From a plasmid: a DNA stretch of 64,000 bases. The DNA lies in the sequence record NZ_CP118918.1. One strand, 5' to 3'. The first letter of the stretch is position 1; each line of letters starts with the position of its first letter. This document shows, one piece after another, positions 25,389 to 34,650 of the stretch. The notes under the pieces are model-generated. The model was not told the DNA's origin. It saw only the letters and a list, made by a program, of their open reading frames with translations, and made no database searches. The position numbers and the translations under genes were made by a program.

Positions 25389-26234
25389 TCAGGAGTGGCT
25401 TGACCACCAGGTGTAGAGCTGTTCCAGGCTTGGTTTTTGGGGTGTGTCGGCTCGGATTGTTGCCAGGAGGAGCGTCGATGTGGTGGTCCAGGCGACCATC
25501 GGTTGACTGTCCTGGTTGGTGCCGCACAGCAGGGTTCCGGCGACGGTTTCGGGGTTGGCGTTGCGGCGCCACGCACCCGGGGACTGGTAGCCGCCGTCGG
25601 CCCCTGGGCACACCTTCGCGGTGGTGGAGGCGGTGACGTCGGCAAATGCGGCATCGAGGTCCGCGGTGGCGTCATAGAGCGTGTAGTGCGCGGTCGTTGC
25701 CTCGGCGATGGCGGGGTGTGGCCCGCAACGCACGCCAGCGATGGCCGGTGGCGGCTCAGTGGTCGCAGTGCAGTCCGAGGGTCGATATCCAGGTGGCAGG
25801 TTGTGGCGCAGCAGTTCCGCCGCGGCCGTCGTGGTGTCGGCGGCGGCGGCCGGGGAGTTCGTGGCCTCCGGCGGGTCTGGTGAGGGCCACAGCAGGATCG
25901 CCCACAGCACGACCGCGATGGTCGCGACAACGGCGAAGATGGACCACAGAATCACCAGGGGCCGCTGCATACGCGGTGGGCGCCGGATCGGTGTGATCGC
26001 GATTGTTTGGTCGACGCTCGCGCCCAGGTCCGATTTCTGGGAGCTGACGGACTGGTCGCGGGCGGCACCGCTGGCAGCCAGGTCCGTGGCCGGCGGCGGA
26101 TACGGGTGTGGGGCATCGGCGGCAGACCAGGTGAAGAACCCCGTGAGTTCGGGAAGTGGACCTGTGGGCGGGTCGTCGGAGGTGGGTGTCATGAGGGCTC
26201 GATTCGGTGGGCGTGAGTGCCAGCTTCCACGCAT
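25389..26234 (-). CDS. membrane-anchored protein with possible PknH-like extracytoplasmic sensor domain (4 Cys)
   Basis: TM segment LVILWSIFAVVATIAVVLWAILLW. C-terminal domain with CTATTEPP...RCGP...VCPGADGGY...LLCGTNQ. Confidence 0.4.
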   Translation of the reverse strand: MRGSWHSRPPNRALMTPTSDDPPTGPLPELTGFFTWSAADAPHPYPPPATDLAASGAARDQSVSSQKSDLGASVDQTIAITPIRRPPRMQRPLVILWSIFAVVATIAVVLWAILLWPSPDPPEATNSPAAAADTTTAAAELLRHNLPPGYRPSDCTATTEPPPAIAGVRCGPHPAIAEATTAHYTLYDATADLDAAFADVTASTTAKVCPGADGGYQSPGAWRRNANPETVAGTLLCGTNQDSQPMVAWTTTSTLLLATIRADTPQKPSLEQLYTWWSSHS

Positions 26235-27958
26235 GCTCGCTTGAGGAGATCGGCCACGTCCGTGTCGCCGCGCCGACCAAGGATGTCCTCGGGGCTTGAC
26301 TTCGGGTTGTCCAGTGCGGCGGTCATGGCAGCGTTCGGGTCTCGGGTATCGCGGCCGGTGAATTGGGCGAGCTGTTCGGTGGCCGGTGCGCTCGTGTCGA
26401 GCGTGGCGATCGTGTACGTGCGGCGGTGTGTGTTGAAGGCGATGATCAGCGTGCCCCCGACGGCGGCGTTGAGCTGTTGGGCGTGGGTGCGCAGCGAGCC
26501 GATGCGTGCGTTGTTGCTCGCGTTGGTCACCCAGGTGACGGTGATAGGGCTGTGGTCGGGGTTGGTGAAGCTCTGGTGTCCACCGAGGGTGATGTGCGCG
26601 GCCCGCGCGACGGACACGGCAATGCTGCGTCCGGATCCGCGTTGCAGTTCCGGGGTGACGGGGAGGGCAAGCCGGATGACGTGGGTATTGGTGCGATACA
26701 TACCCCGGGCCTGGTTGAGGGGTCTGCTTGCCGGGGCGGGGTCGGCGGCGGTGCGCCGGCGGCTGTAGCCATTTCGGGTGATGTATCGAGGTGTGGCGAG
26801 GTAGGTGCGCAGCGATCGTGCGCTGATGTCGGGGTATGGGGTGTGAAGGTCTTTGAGGAGCTCAGTGGTGCGGACGCTCCCTCCATGGTCATCGATGTAG
26901 GTGGCGATGGCATCGTTGATGCTGGTGTACTCGGGCAGCTTCCATGTACGCAGCGCCCAGGTGGTGCGGCTGGCCCGTGCGAACTCCTTGTGGTCTGAGA
27001 GCGCGGTGGCCACCGATCCGGGTGAGACGGCAAGGCCGATATCGGCGCGAACCTCTTCGATGGTCAGTGGCCGTTGGTGTGCGTGCAGGACCGCCGCCGC
27101 CATCGTGGCTGTGGTTGCGGCGGTGTGGGTGATGCGTTGGTCCGCGATGGTGGTGTGGCGGTAGGTCTCGGTGAGGTAGGTGTCGATCGCGTCAGGGTGC
27201 ATCCCCGCGGCCGCCAAGACCGTCGTGAGTTCGGTCGTCCGCAGCGCTCCCGCACCCGCGGTCAGTGCGTGTTCGGCGGTGGTGTCGACGTGTTCGCGGC
27301 CGCGTGTCCCGGTGTTTTCGAGCCAGTGGAGGCGGCGACGGTAGGGACCGGCGGTATGCAGCAGTAACGCTGCGGTGTCGCAGGTCAGTGTCTGACCGGT
27401 CTGGGCGAGTTCAGCGGCGGCCACCTGGGCCGGTAGATAGGGGCCCAGGCGCTGGGCGATCCGCTGGGCGTGACGGTGCAGGGCCTCGTGTTCGGGGTGG
27501 GCGAGCAGGCCAACCAGTTTGCGCTCGGCGCGGCGGGTCCCGCGCGACACGCTGGCTTTGGCGCAGCCGAGCATCGCTGCCACCTGGGCGGTGGGCTTCG
27601 GGTCTAGCGGGAGGACGCGGGTAGTGAGGATGGTGCGGGTCTCGGCGTCGAGCTGGTCGAGTAGCTTGGCGGCGGCGCCGGCGGCGGTGGTGTCTGGGTG
27701 GCTCGCTGTTGTGCTACGGATTGCGCGACGGGCCGTGTCGATGATCGCGGTGAGGGCGCTGAGGCCGATGCCTGGTTGTGCGGTAAGGCTTTTCGAGGTG
27801 TGCGCGCCGATATCTCGCCAGTAGGGATATACCTCGCTGTAGGCGGCCAGGCGTGGTGGGAGCTGGCTGTACGGGATCAGTTGGTCAGCGATCCCGTCGA
27901 AGTCCTCAATCAGCTCGCCCAGCGGGCGCGACGAGGCTTCGACTATGGGTTCGATCAT
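26189..27958 (-). CDS. hypothetical 589-aa protein with sigma-region-4-like HTH
   Basis: TAQVAAMLGCAKASVSRGTRRAERKLVGLL resembles a sigma70 region 4.2 HTH. Confidence 0.5.
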   Translation of the reverse strand: MIEPIVEASSRPLGELIEDFDGIADQLIPYSQLPPRLAAYSEVYPYWRDIGAHTSKSLTAQPGIGLSALTAIIDTARRAIRSTTASHPDTTAAGAAAKLLDQLDAETRTILTTRVLPLDPKPTAQVAAMLGCAKASVSRGTRRAERKLVGLLAHPEHEALHRHAQRIAQRLGPYLPAQVAAAELAQTGQTLTCDTAALLLHTAGPYRRRLHWLENTGTRGREHVDTTAEHALTAGAGALRTTELTTVLAAAGMHPDAIDTYLTETYRHTTIADQRITHTAATTATMAAAVLHAHQRPLTIEEVRADIGLAVSPGSVATALSDHKEFARASRTTWALRTWKLPEYTSINDAIATYIDDHGGSVRTTELLKDLHTPYPDISARSLRTYLATPRYITRNGYSRRRTAADPAPASRPLNQARGMYRTNTHVIRLALPVTPELQRGSGRSIAVSVARAAHITLGGHQSFTNPDHSPITVTWVTNASNNARIGSLRTHAQQLNAAVGGTLIIAFNTHRRTYTIATLDTSAPATEQLAQFTGRDTRDPNAAMTAALDNPKSSPEDILGRRGDTDVADLLKRACVEAGTHAHRIEPS

Positions 27959-27980
27959 GCGGGAGCCTGGGGGTGCGAAC

Positions 27981-28256
27981 CTACGATCGACGTTCGTGCG
28001 GTTCGGGCTTCGACCGCGTGGAGCGCCAGATGCGCCGCACGATGGCTATCCACCCCAGCGCGACCAGGATCAGCGTCGCGGCGATCATGACCCCTGGACT
28101 CCAGTTGCCTTTGAGTGTGCCTGCATACGCTATCGCCCATGCCGTAACGATCGCGACGAGAACGAGCATTCCGATGCGGGTATAGAGCCAGCGCTGCGTC
28201 CATTGTTCTGCGTGGTCCAACCCGCGCGTGATCGCAGTACTAGCCATTGTCGGCAC
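27981..28256 (-). CDS. small membrane protein (2 TM)
   Basis: LYTRIGMLVLVAIVTAWAIAYAG and VMIAATLILVALGWIAIV. Confidence 0.4.
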   Translation of the reverse strand: MPTMASTAITRGLDHAEQWTQRWLYTRIGMLVLVAIVTAWAIAYAGTLKGNWSPGVMIAATLILVALGWIAIVRRIWRSTRSKPEPHERRS

Positions 28257-28632
28257 CCTTTCCTGTGGCGGTTGCGCTGGTCAGATCTCGTTGTCGCTGA
28301 CGAATCCGCCGGCGAACGTCCATGGTCCCCATGTGGGTGGGGTCGCTCGCTGCGGCATCCATGCGGATCACGGTGACCGTGTGGCCACCCTCAACCCAGG
28401 AATGGGTTGTGCTCACCTGCTCGATGAGCGAGGCGAACTCGTGTGCGCGTTGCTTGGTCTGCGTCTGGCGGTCACCGGTGATGGCACCGAAGTCGTGTAG
28501 TGCGAGGGCGAGCCACCGTGCGGCGTGCTCTGCTTGCACCCATTCCTCGGCCGGTGTGTAGTAGCCGCCGGGGTATCCCGGGCCCTCGATTTCGAAGGTC
28601 CATAGTGACGTAGCTTCATCAGTTCGCATGGT
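28240..28632 (-). CDS. hypothetical protein
   Basis: Likely start MRTDEATSLWTFEIE. No motif. Confidence 0.35.
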   Translation of the reverse strand, partial: TMRTDEATSLWTFEIEGPGYPGGYYTPAEEWVQAEHAARWLALALHDFGAITGDRQTQTKQRAHEFASLIEQVSTTHSWVEGGHTVTVIRMDAAASDPTHMGTMDVRRRIRQRQRDLTSATATGKGADNG

Positions 28633-28712
28633 CCTCAGTTTCCCTTGTATCCGTTGGTGTGTGAGTCGCCGCGTCGGGTCATCGACATGAGGAAGGAAAA
28701 CCATGCTTGGAG

Positions 28713-29399
28713 TTACCGGCCGATCCGGGTGAGCCCGGCGCGGCGTAGCAGCGTTTTCACTGCCTCGTGTTCGTTGTAGAGGTAGGCCCTGGCCAGCAGG
28801 TCGTTGAACGTTTTCGCTACACCGGGATCGTTGTCATCGACCGGGATGGTAAGCAAGACACCGGCATCAGCGCCGATGAGCAGGCTGTTGGCGACGAATA
28901 CGGCGGTGCGCTTGTTGCCGTCCTCGAACGGTTGCGCTTTGGCGAGGTTGATGAACAGGTCGAGTGCGTTTTCTTCAGCCTCGGGGCTGCGGGTCGCGTT
29001 GTCGAGCAGGAGTTGGAGCTGGTCTTCGGTCAGGGCATCGGGAGAGTGGCGCCCGTACGGTGTCGTGACGCCTATGGCCTGGTCCTGAGTCCGCAGCTGC
29101 CCGGGATGTAGGGCTCCGCTGCGGGTGATGGTGGCGTTGATGGCCCGCACGAAGCCTGCGTCGATGCGATGGGCGGCGTGGTCGATCACGAATTGCGCCG
29201 CGTCGCGCAGATCTTCCAGTAGCGCCAGGTCGGCCCGCGATGAAACTCCTTCCAGGCTGCCGGTCCGCAGGAAGTTCTCGGTGTCCAGTCGGCCGGTGGA
29301 TAGGCCGTCGAACACTCTGCCCGACGAATAGACCACGCCAGCAAGGTCGGTCACGGTGAGTCGACCCACGGCACGGTCGTCTTGATCGGCTGCGTTCAT
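28713..29399 (-). CDS. Fic/Doc-family protein with Gln replacing the catalytic His (QPFEDGNKRTA)
   Basis: Doc-type motif HxFx(D/N)(A/G)NKR reads QPFEDGNKRT here. Leaderless-type promoter immediately upstream. Confidence 0.65.
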   Translation of the reverse strand: MNAADQDDRAVGRLTVTDLAGVVYSSGRVFDGLSTGRLDTENFLRTGSLEGVSSRADLALLEDLRDAAQFVIDHAAHRIDAGFVRAINATITRSGALHPGQLRTQDQAIGVTTPYGRHSPDALTEDQLQLLLDNATRSPEAEENALDLFINLAKAQPFEDGNKRTAVFVANSLLIGADAGVLLTIPVDDNDPGVAKTFNDLLARAYLYNEHEAVKTLLRRAGLTRIGR

Positions 29400-29403
29400 A
29401 GCT

Positions 29404-29461
29404 TTTAGTGTAGTCGATTAATTGAGTTGTCGGATCAGGAATTGTGTAGTCGATTATCATC
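29404..29461 (-). promoter_or_regulatory. motif family 2, two tandem copies (TTTTAGTGTAGTCGATTAATTGAG and AATTGTGTAGTCGATTATCATC) abutting the Doc-like start codon
   Basis: Transcript orientation ...CAATTAATCGACTACACTAAAAGCT-ATG, with TACACT 7 nt from the ATG. Confidence 0.5.
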
Positions 29462-29467
29462 ATCGGT

Positions 29468-29662
29468 ATGCCTCCCGGGAGACCGCCTTTCAAGGCGGGG
29501 CAGCGCCGCAGCGCCGCGGTGCCGGTCCGGTTCACCGAGGATGAGCGCGACATCATTGAGGCCGCGGCCGAGGCTGATGGACAGGCCGTGTCGGCCTGGG
29601 TTCGTGATCGGGCACTTGCCGCGGCCCGCAGGCGGTCTCGGGGTCGGCCAGAAGCCGGTTAG
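29468..29662 (+). CDS. ribbon-helix-helix (CopG-like) DNA-binding protein
   Basis: VPVRFTEDERDIIEAAAEADGQAVSAWVRDRALAAA is RHH-like. Divergent from the Doc-like gene. Confidence 0.5.
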   Translation: MPPGRPPFKAGQRRSAAVPVRFTEDERDIIEAAAEADGQAVSAWVRDRALAAARRRSRGRPEAG

Positions 29663-29735
29663 CTGTTACAACATCAACCCCCGCGCAGGCGTAGCCGAGG
29701 AGAGCTCGCTGACACGCCTGTGGGACCGGAGGCCG

Positions 29736-30014
29736 TCACTGCGGGATGCAGGGCTGCGGACCGTCGAGTTCTGTGCGTGCGGCGGTGATGTGGCCGACCG
29801 CTTCGTCGGCAAAGATGGCGGCTGCGTCGAGTTCCGAGGGTTGGGCGTCGTCGGCCTCGTTGATCAGGACGCCCATGGCGAAGGTCCAGGTTTTACGGGC
29901 ATGGATGATCCGCAGCCGCGGTTGATCCATCGCTCGCACCGCCGCATGCAGGTGTGCGCGGGCCTCGCCAAGCCAAATGCTGGGTAGCTGATTCGGGATC
30001 ATGTGCCGGTTCAC
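29736..30014 (-). CDS. hypothetical protein
   Basis: 92-aa ORF. Weak support. Confidence 0.3.
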   Translation of the reverse strand: MNRHMIPNQLPSIWLGEARAHLHAAVRAMDQPRLRIIHARKTWTFAMGVLINEADDAQPSELDAAAIFADEAVGHITAARTELDGPQPCIPQ

Positions 30015-30049
30015 GCACCTTCCTGCGGTAGGGGCGGCCGGGGCGGTTG

Positions 30050-31285
30050 CTACTCGCTCGGGGGCTTCGGGGCGGTGGCGGCCTTCTTGCTCGCAGGACG
30101 TTTCCTGGTCGCCTTCTTGGTGGCGGCGGGGCTATCGCTGTGGGCGGTCCCGGCCGTCTGTCGGGCGTGGGTGAGCGCGTCGTTGAGGGCTTGCACGCGT
30201 TCGTCTGCGTTGCGCTGCACGAGTGCGAGTTGCTGCGCGTGGGTGGTTTCCAGGCGTTCACGTTCTGATCGTTGCTCGGTGCGTACACGCTCAAGCTCGG
30301 CGGTGAGGGTGGACACGGTGGCACGCTCGGTGTCGGCTGCTCGTTGCGCCGACTCGGCTCGCGCGTGCGCTGTGGCGAGGTCGACGCGAAGCGCCGCGGC
30401 GTCGGCCGTGGCGGCGCGGGCTTCCTCGCGTGCGGTGTCGATCTGGTTGTGCAGCGCGGCCTGCTTTTCTTCGGAATCCGTTCGGGCGTGGTCGAGTTGG
30501 TTGCGCAACTGCGCCGTGGTCTGCCGTTCACGCTCGGCAGAGTCATTCGCCGCGGCCAGCGCGGCTTGGGCGGCACTGGCCTCGATGTGTGCGGCATTGG
30601 CGGCCTCGCGCGCGGCCTCGACCTGACGGTCCCGTTCGGCGAGTTGCTCACCGAACCGGGTACGCGCATCGGCAAGGCTGGCTTCCGCCGCCGCGACGGC
30701 AGCGTCGGTCCGAGCGCGCAGTTCGGCCATGTCCGCCTCGGTGGTGGTGCGCAGCCGCTCCACCTCGGTAAGAGCTTCTTCGGCGAGTGCGTCGGCTTCC
30801 TCGCGTTCCTGGCGTGCCTGTGCTGCTCGATCGTCGGCGGCCCGTGCGGAGCGCTCGGCGGCGCTGGCCCGGCGTTCGGCTTCGTTGACTTTGGCCAGGG
30901 CGTCGCGGTGGGCGTCCTCGACCTCCGCGCCGGCGGCTTCGACGTCTCCGGCCGCGCGGATTCCGGCCAGCACGTCATCGAAGTACTGGCGGAACTCAGA
31001 CACCCTCTGCGGCAGCTCGTCCAGACGTTGCTCCAGGGTCGCTCGTGCCATCGAGACAGGTGCATCCGCCTGCTCGGCGTCGGGCCGCGCATCAGCCGAT
31101 GGTGTCTGCGCGCGGCGTGCCTTCCAGGCGTTCGCGCGGTTGTGAACTGGTCCGCCACCGTCGTCGGCCCGTTCGCAGTAGCGGGAAGGGCGGCCAGTGG
31201 CCGGGTCTGGGCGGCGGGGACGAGAACAGCCCGGGTAGTGGCAGCGGTCCACGGCCGTCACCACGGTAGCGCTCTCTTCTGACAT
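30050..31285 (-). CDS. zinc-ribbon plus long coiled-coil protein
   Basis: N-terminal CHYPGCSRPRRPD...GRPSRYCERA. About 300 aa of Ala/Glu/Arg-rich heptad-like sequence. Lys-rich C-terminal tail. Confidence 0.55.
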   Translation of the reverse strand: MSEESATVVTAVDRCHYPGCSRPRRPDPATGRPSRYCERADDGGGPVHNRANAWKARRAQTPSADARPDAEQADAPVSMARATLEQRLDELPQRVSEFRQYFDDVLAGIRAAGDVEAAGAEVEDAHRDALAKVNEAERRASAAERSARAADDRAAQARQEREEADALAEEALTEVERLRTTTEADMAELRARTDAAVAAAEASLADARTRFGEQLAERDRQVEAAREAANAAHIEASAAQAALAAANDSAERERQTTAQLRNQLDHARTDSEEKQAALHNQIDTAREEARAATADAAALRVDLATAHARAESAQRAADTERATVSTLTAELERVRTEQRSERERLETTHAQQLALVQRNADERVQALNDALTHARQTAGTAHSDSPAATKKATRKRPASKKAATAPKPPSE

Positions 31286-31289
31286 GGCT

Positions 31290-31770
31290 CCAGACTATCA
31301 CTTTCGTCGCCTGAAGGTGATAACAAAACAAAAGACGAAACGTAACGTAACAAAACGAAATGTGGCTTACCGATGGACGGGAAGAGGAGGGGCTGTCTCG
31401 TCCCCGATACCTACACTCCGGCCATCTCCGCCATCTCCGCCATCTTCGATGTCGTCGGCACGGACTGTGCACGACAATGGCAAGCTTTAAAACGGCCGAT
31501 AGTGGACGCACTTGCCGCCGTCGGGGCATCGAGTCCACCGCAACGGATCTGCCGCAATACCGCAGCCGTAGCAAGCGTGATCTGTTCCGCGGTTTGACCG
31601 GCGATGAACAATCGGCAGACAACGGATTCTCTGCCTTCGTCCGAAATGTCGAGGAAGCCATCAGCTACGGCCACCTGGTGCCGTCAAAGCAAACTGAGGT
31701 TGTCATTAAGTTCGTAGGTGCAGTTACTTCGTCTTGTTACGTTGTGCTGCGACCCGGGTGGGTCGGGTGA
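31290..31770. other. low-GC (~50%) segment flanked by imperfect inverted repeats (aagacgaaacgtaacgtaacaaaacg / cacaacgtaacaagacgaagtaa)
   Basis: Abrupt GC drop relative to the ~66% flanks. Only short ORFs. Lies immediately upstream of the IS110-family element. Confidence 0.4.
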
Positions 31771-31943
31771 GGCTGATGTGGGTTCTTGCCGGCCTTCGGG
31801 TGCGGCTTGAAAGGGACTGGCCGCCCGACTTGCCTGGACTTCTCTGGCCGCTGATTGAGATCTGCGATGTGATCGCTTGTTTAAGGAAATGCCGGCGGGG
31901 TTGTCCGTGGGGATCATGGTGGTAGACAAGCGAAAAGAGGATC

Positions 31944-33160
31944 GATGACAATGAGCCAGTTGTGGGCTGGCGTGGACGTCGGCAAGGAGCATCACTGGGG
32001 GTCGTAGTCGTCGACGACACCGGTACGGTGAAGCTCTCGCGCAAGCTGGTCAACGACGAGCAACCCATCCGGGCGCTGGTGGCCGAGATCGGCGCCATGG
32101 CGGAGCGGGTGTCCTGGGCGGTCGACCTGACCACGGTGTATGCCAGCCTGTTGTTGACGGTGTTGGCCGACGCCGGCAAGTCGGTGCGGTACCTGGCTGG
32201 CCGTGCGGTGTGGCAGGCCTCGGGGACCTACCGCGGTGGCGAAGCCAAGACCGACGCCAAGGACGCCGCGAGTGATCGCCGATCAATCGCGGATGCGCGG
32301 CACCGATCTGCCGGTTCTGCACACCCACGATGACCTGATCACCGAACTGCGGATGCTGACCGCTCGTCGGGCGGGCCTGGTGGCCGATCGCACCCGCACC
32401 ATCAACCGACTGCACCAGCAACTCATGGCGGTGTGCCCCGCCCCCTCGAGCGAGTCGCCCAACTGACCCAGGACCGTGGATGGGTGGTTCTGCTGTCGCG
32501 CTACTAGCGCACGAAATCCATTCGGCAGAGCGGACTTTCGCGCATCACGAAGAACCTGACCGAGGCCGGGGGGTACGCAATGCATCCTCCATCGCCGAAG
32601 CCGCCGTCGCCGCTGCGAAGACCCAGACCGTGCGGCTGCCCGGCGAAGAGGTCGCCGCCGCGCTGGTCGCCGAACTGGCGCAGGGGGTGATCTCCCTCGA
32701 TGAACGCATCCAATCTACTGACGCTGACATCGAGGGCCGATTTCGCCGACATCCATTCGCCGAGGTGATTACCAGCATGCCTGGCATCGGCTTCCGACTC
32801 GGCGCCGAATTCCTCGCCGCCTTCGGCGACCCGACACTGATCGGCTCGGCCGACCAACTCGCCGCCTGGGCCGGACTGGCCCCCGTTCCCCGCGATTCGG
32901 GGAAACGCACCGGACGGCTGCACACTCCGCAGCGCCACAGCCGACGACTGCGTCGGGTGATGTACATGTCCGCCCTGACCGCAATCCGCTGCGACCCGCA
33001 ATCTCGGGCCTACTACCAGCGCAAACGAGATGAGGGTAAACGGCCCATCCAAGCCACGATCTGCCTGGCCAGACGCCGCACAAACGTCCTCTACGCACTT
33101 ATCCGCGACAACCGCACCTGGCAACCCGATTCACCCCAAATCACCGAATCGGCGGCTTGA
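31944..33160 (+). mobile_element. IS110-family insertion sequence; transposase is a pseudogene split over four frames by at least three frameshifts
   Basis: N-terminal DEDD domain MSQLWAGVDVGKEHHW|VVVDDTGTVKLSRKL.... C-terminal Transposase_20 domain MPGIGFRLGAEFLAAFGDPTLIGSADQLAAWAGLAPVPRDSGKRTG. Frames 31944-32001, 31962-32333, 32203-32466, 32480-33160. Confidence 0.8.
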
Positions 33161-33573
33161 CATCTTCATTGAGAGTCCTTTCCGCATTTCGCCGACGCAG
33201 GATCACCACCGTACTGACCACAGGTCTGGACCGCGAGACGTTCGACCTATTGCTACGCAGCCTCGGGTGGACAGACATTGCGGATTTCACCCTCAGCGGT
33301 GACGACGTACCCCGGGGTCGACCCGCACCAGATCTGATTCTGACGGCGTTCTTGCGCGCCAGCACAGTCGATATCCGTGACGTGCTCACCGTGGGTGACA
33401 CCACCAACAACCTTATGGCTGCTCACCGCGCTGGTGTCATCAACAGCTATAGGATCACCGGTGGCGCACAGCCGCTTTGCCCTGGAAGCCGCCCCACACA
33501 GGGCGATCATCGACTCTATCGACGAGTTGTGCCTCTGCGGGTTGCTGCGGCTACCCTCGCGCCTCATGACTGA
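33157..33573 (+). pseudogene. HAD-superfamily hydrolase, C-terminal fragment only
   Basis: GRPAPDLILTAFLRASTVDIRDVLTVGDTTNNLMAAHRAGV is HAD motif III/IV. No N-terminal DxD motif region is present. Confidence 0.5.
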
Positions 33574-34492
33574 CGGTATCAGGACTTGGATCGGCGGCGT
33601 TCTGAGCGCCTGCGGTCTGGTAGACGATCAGACTCGAGTCGATCGACTCGTCGACGAAGTAGTACTGGGCACCGGTGAGATACCGCATGTATCGGTCGAA
33701 GTTCTCCTCATCCGTGGCGGCCACTGCGGCGGCTCGGTTGCGCTCGAGTCGTTCAGCCCAGATACCGAGGGTCTTGATGTAGTGGTTACGCAGAGACAGT
33801 GTTTCGAGCACGGTGAAGCCGGCACGTTCACCGTGCTCGACCATCATTGCGGTGGTCGGGATCCGGCCTCCGGGGAAAATCTCGGTGATCATGAACCTGA
33901 CGAATCGGGCAAGTTCGAAGGTCAGCTTCTTGCCGCGGGCCCGCAGGTCGTGGGGGTGATAGCCGACGCTGCTTTGGATAGTCATCCGGCCATCGTCAGG
34001 GAGCACGGTCCGGCACATCGTGAAGAAGTCGTCGTAGCGCTCGAACCCAAAGTGCTCGAACGCCTCGATTGACACGATCCGATCAACCGGTTCGCAGAAC
34101 TGCTCCCAGCCTTGGAGACGGATGTCGAAGCTGCGCTCGGAATTGATGTCGGACAGCAGTTGTGTGCAGTAGGCCTGCTGATTTCTGCTCAATGTCAGAC
34201 CGATCACGTTGACGTCGTAATTCTCCATGGCGCGCTGCAGGGTCAGGCCCCAGCCGCAGCCGATATCAAGCAAGGTCATACCTGGCCTGAGGTTAAGCCG
34301 TTGCAGATGCTGATCGACGTTGGCGACTTGCGCCTCGGACAGTGTGCAGTTCGGTCCGGTGAAGAAGCCGCAGCTGTACTTGCGGGTGGGGTCCTGGAAG
34401 ACGCCGAAGAAGTCATCAGAAAGGTCGTAGTGGGCCTGAATGTCTTCGAAATGCGGTTTCATTGACGCTTCGGCGTGCGGGTGAGCGGGCAT
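33551..34492 (-). CDS. cyclopropane mycolic acid synthase family SAM-dependent methyltransferase (CmaA/MmaA-like)
   Basis: [33 protein letters not shown]...LLDIGCGWG...[10 protein letters not shown]...SIEAFEHFG...ITEIFPGGR aligns along the full length with the CmaA1 family. Alternative start at 34462. Confidence 0.85.
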   Translation of the reverse strand: MPAHPHAEASMKPHFEDIQAHYDLSDDFFGVFQDPTRKYSCGFFTGPNCTLSEAQVANVDQHLQRLNLRPGMTLLDIGCGWGLTLQRAMENYDVNVIGLTLSRNQQAYCTQLLSDINSERSFDIRLQGWEQFCEPVDRIVSIEAFEHFGFERYDDFFTMCRTVLPDDGRMTIQSSVGYHPHDLRARGKKLTFELARFVRFMITEIFPGGRIPTTAMMVEHGERAGFTVLETLSLRNHYIKTLGIWAERLERNRAAAVAATDEENFDRYMRYLTGAQYYFVDESIDSSLIVYQTAGAQNAADPSPDTVSHEARG

Positions 34493-34650
34493 GCGTTGCG
34501 CATTCCTTTTCGGTTGTCACGGTTGGGGTGTTTGCCGGAGTTGGTCGAGGCGCTGGTTGTGTCGTCGCTCCGCTAGGAGCGTCTGGGAGTGTATCCGTCA
34601 GACTCGCGCGGCCACGTTGGCGCGGCGAGTCCGACGGGCACACTGTGGCA

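Noticed and set aside
28975-29556. 193-aa minus ORF (MMIIDYTIPDPTTQLIDYT...) spanning the Doc promoter.
   Set aside because: Its N-terminus is the translated promoter motif repeat. The body is Arg/Pro-rich in an alternative frame of the Doc-like gene.
31284-31770. Small ORFs (31284..31490+, 31360..31770+, 31092..31661-) in the low-GC segment.
   Set aside because: Lys/Arg- or Ser/Pro-rich low-complexity translations of AT-rich DNA. Treated as non-coding.
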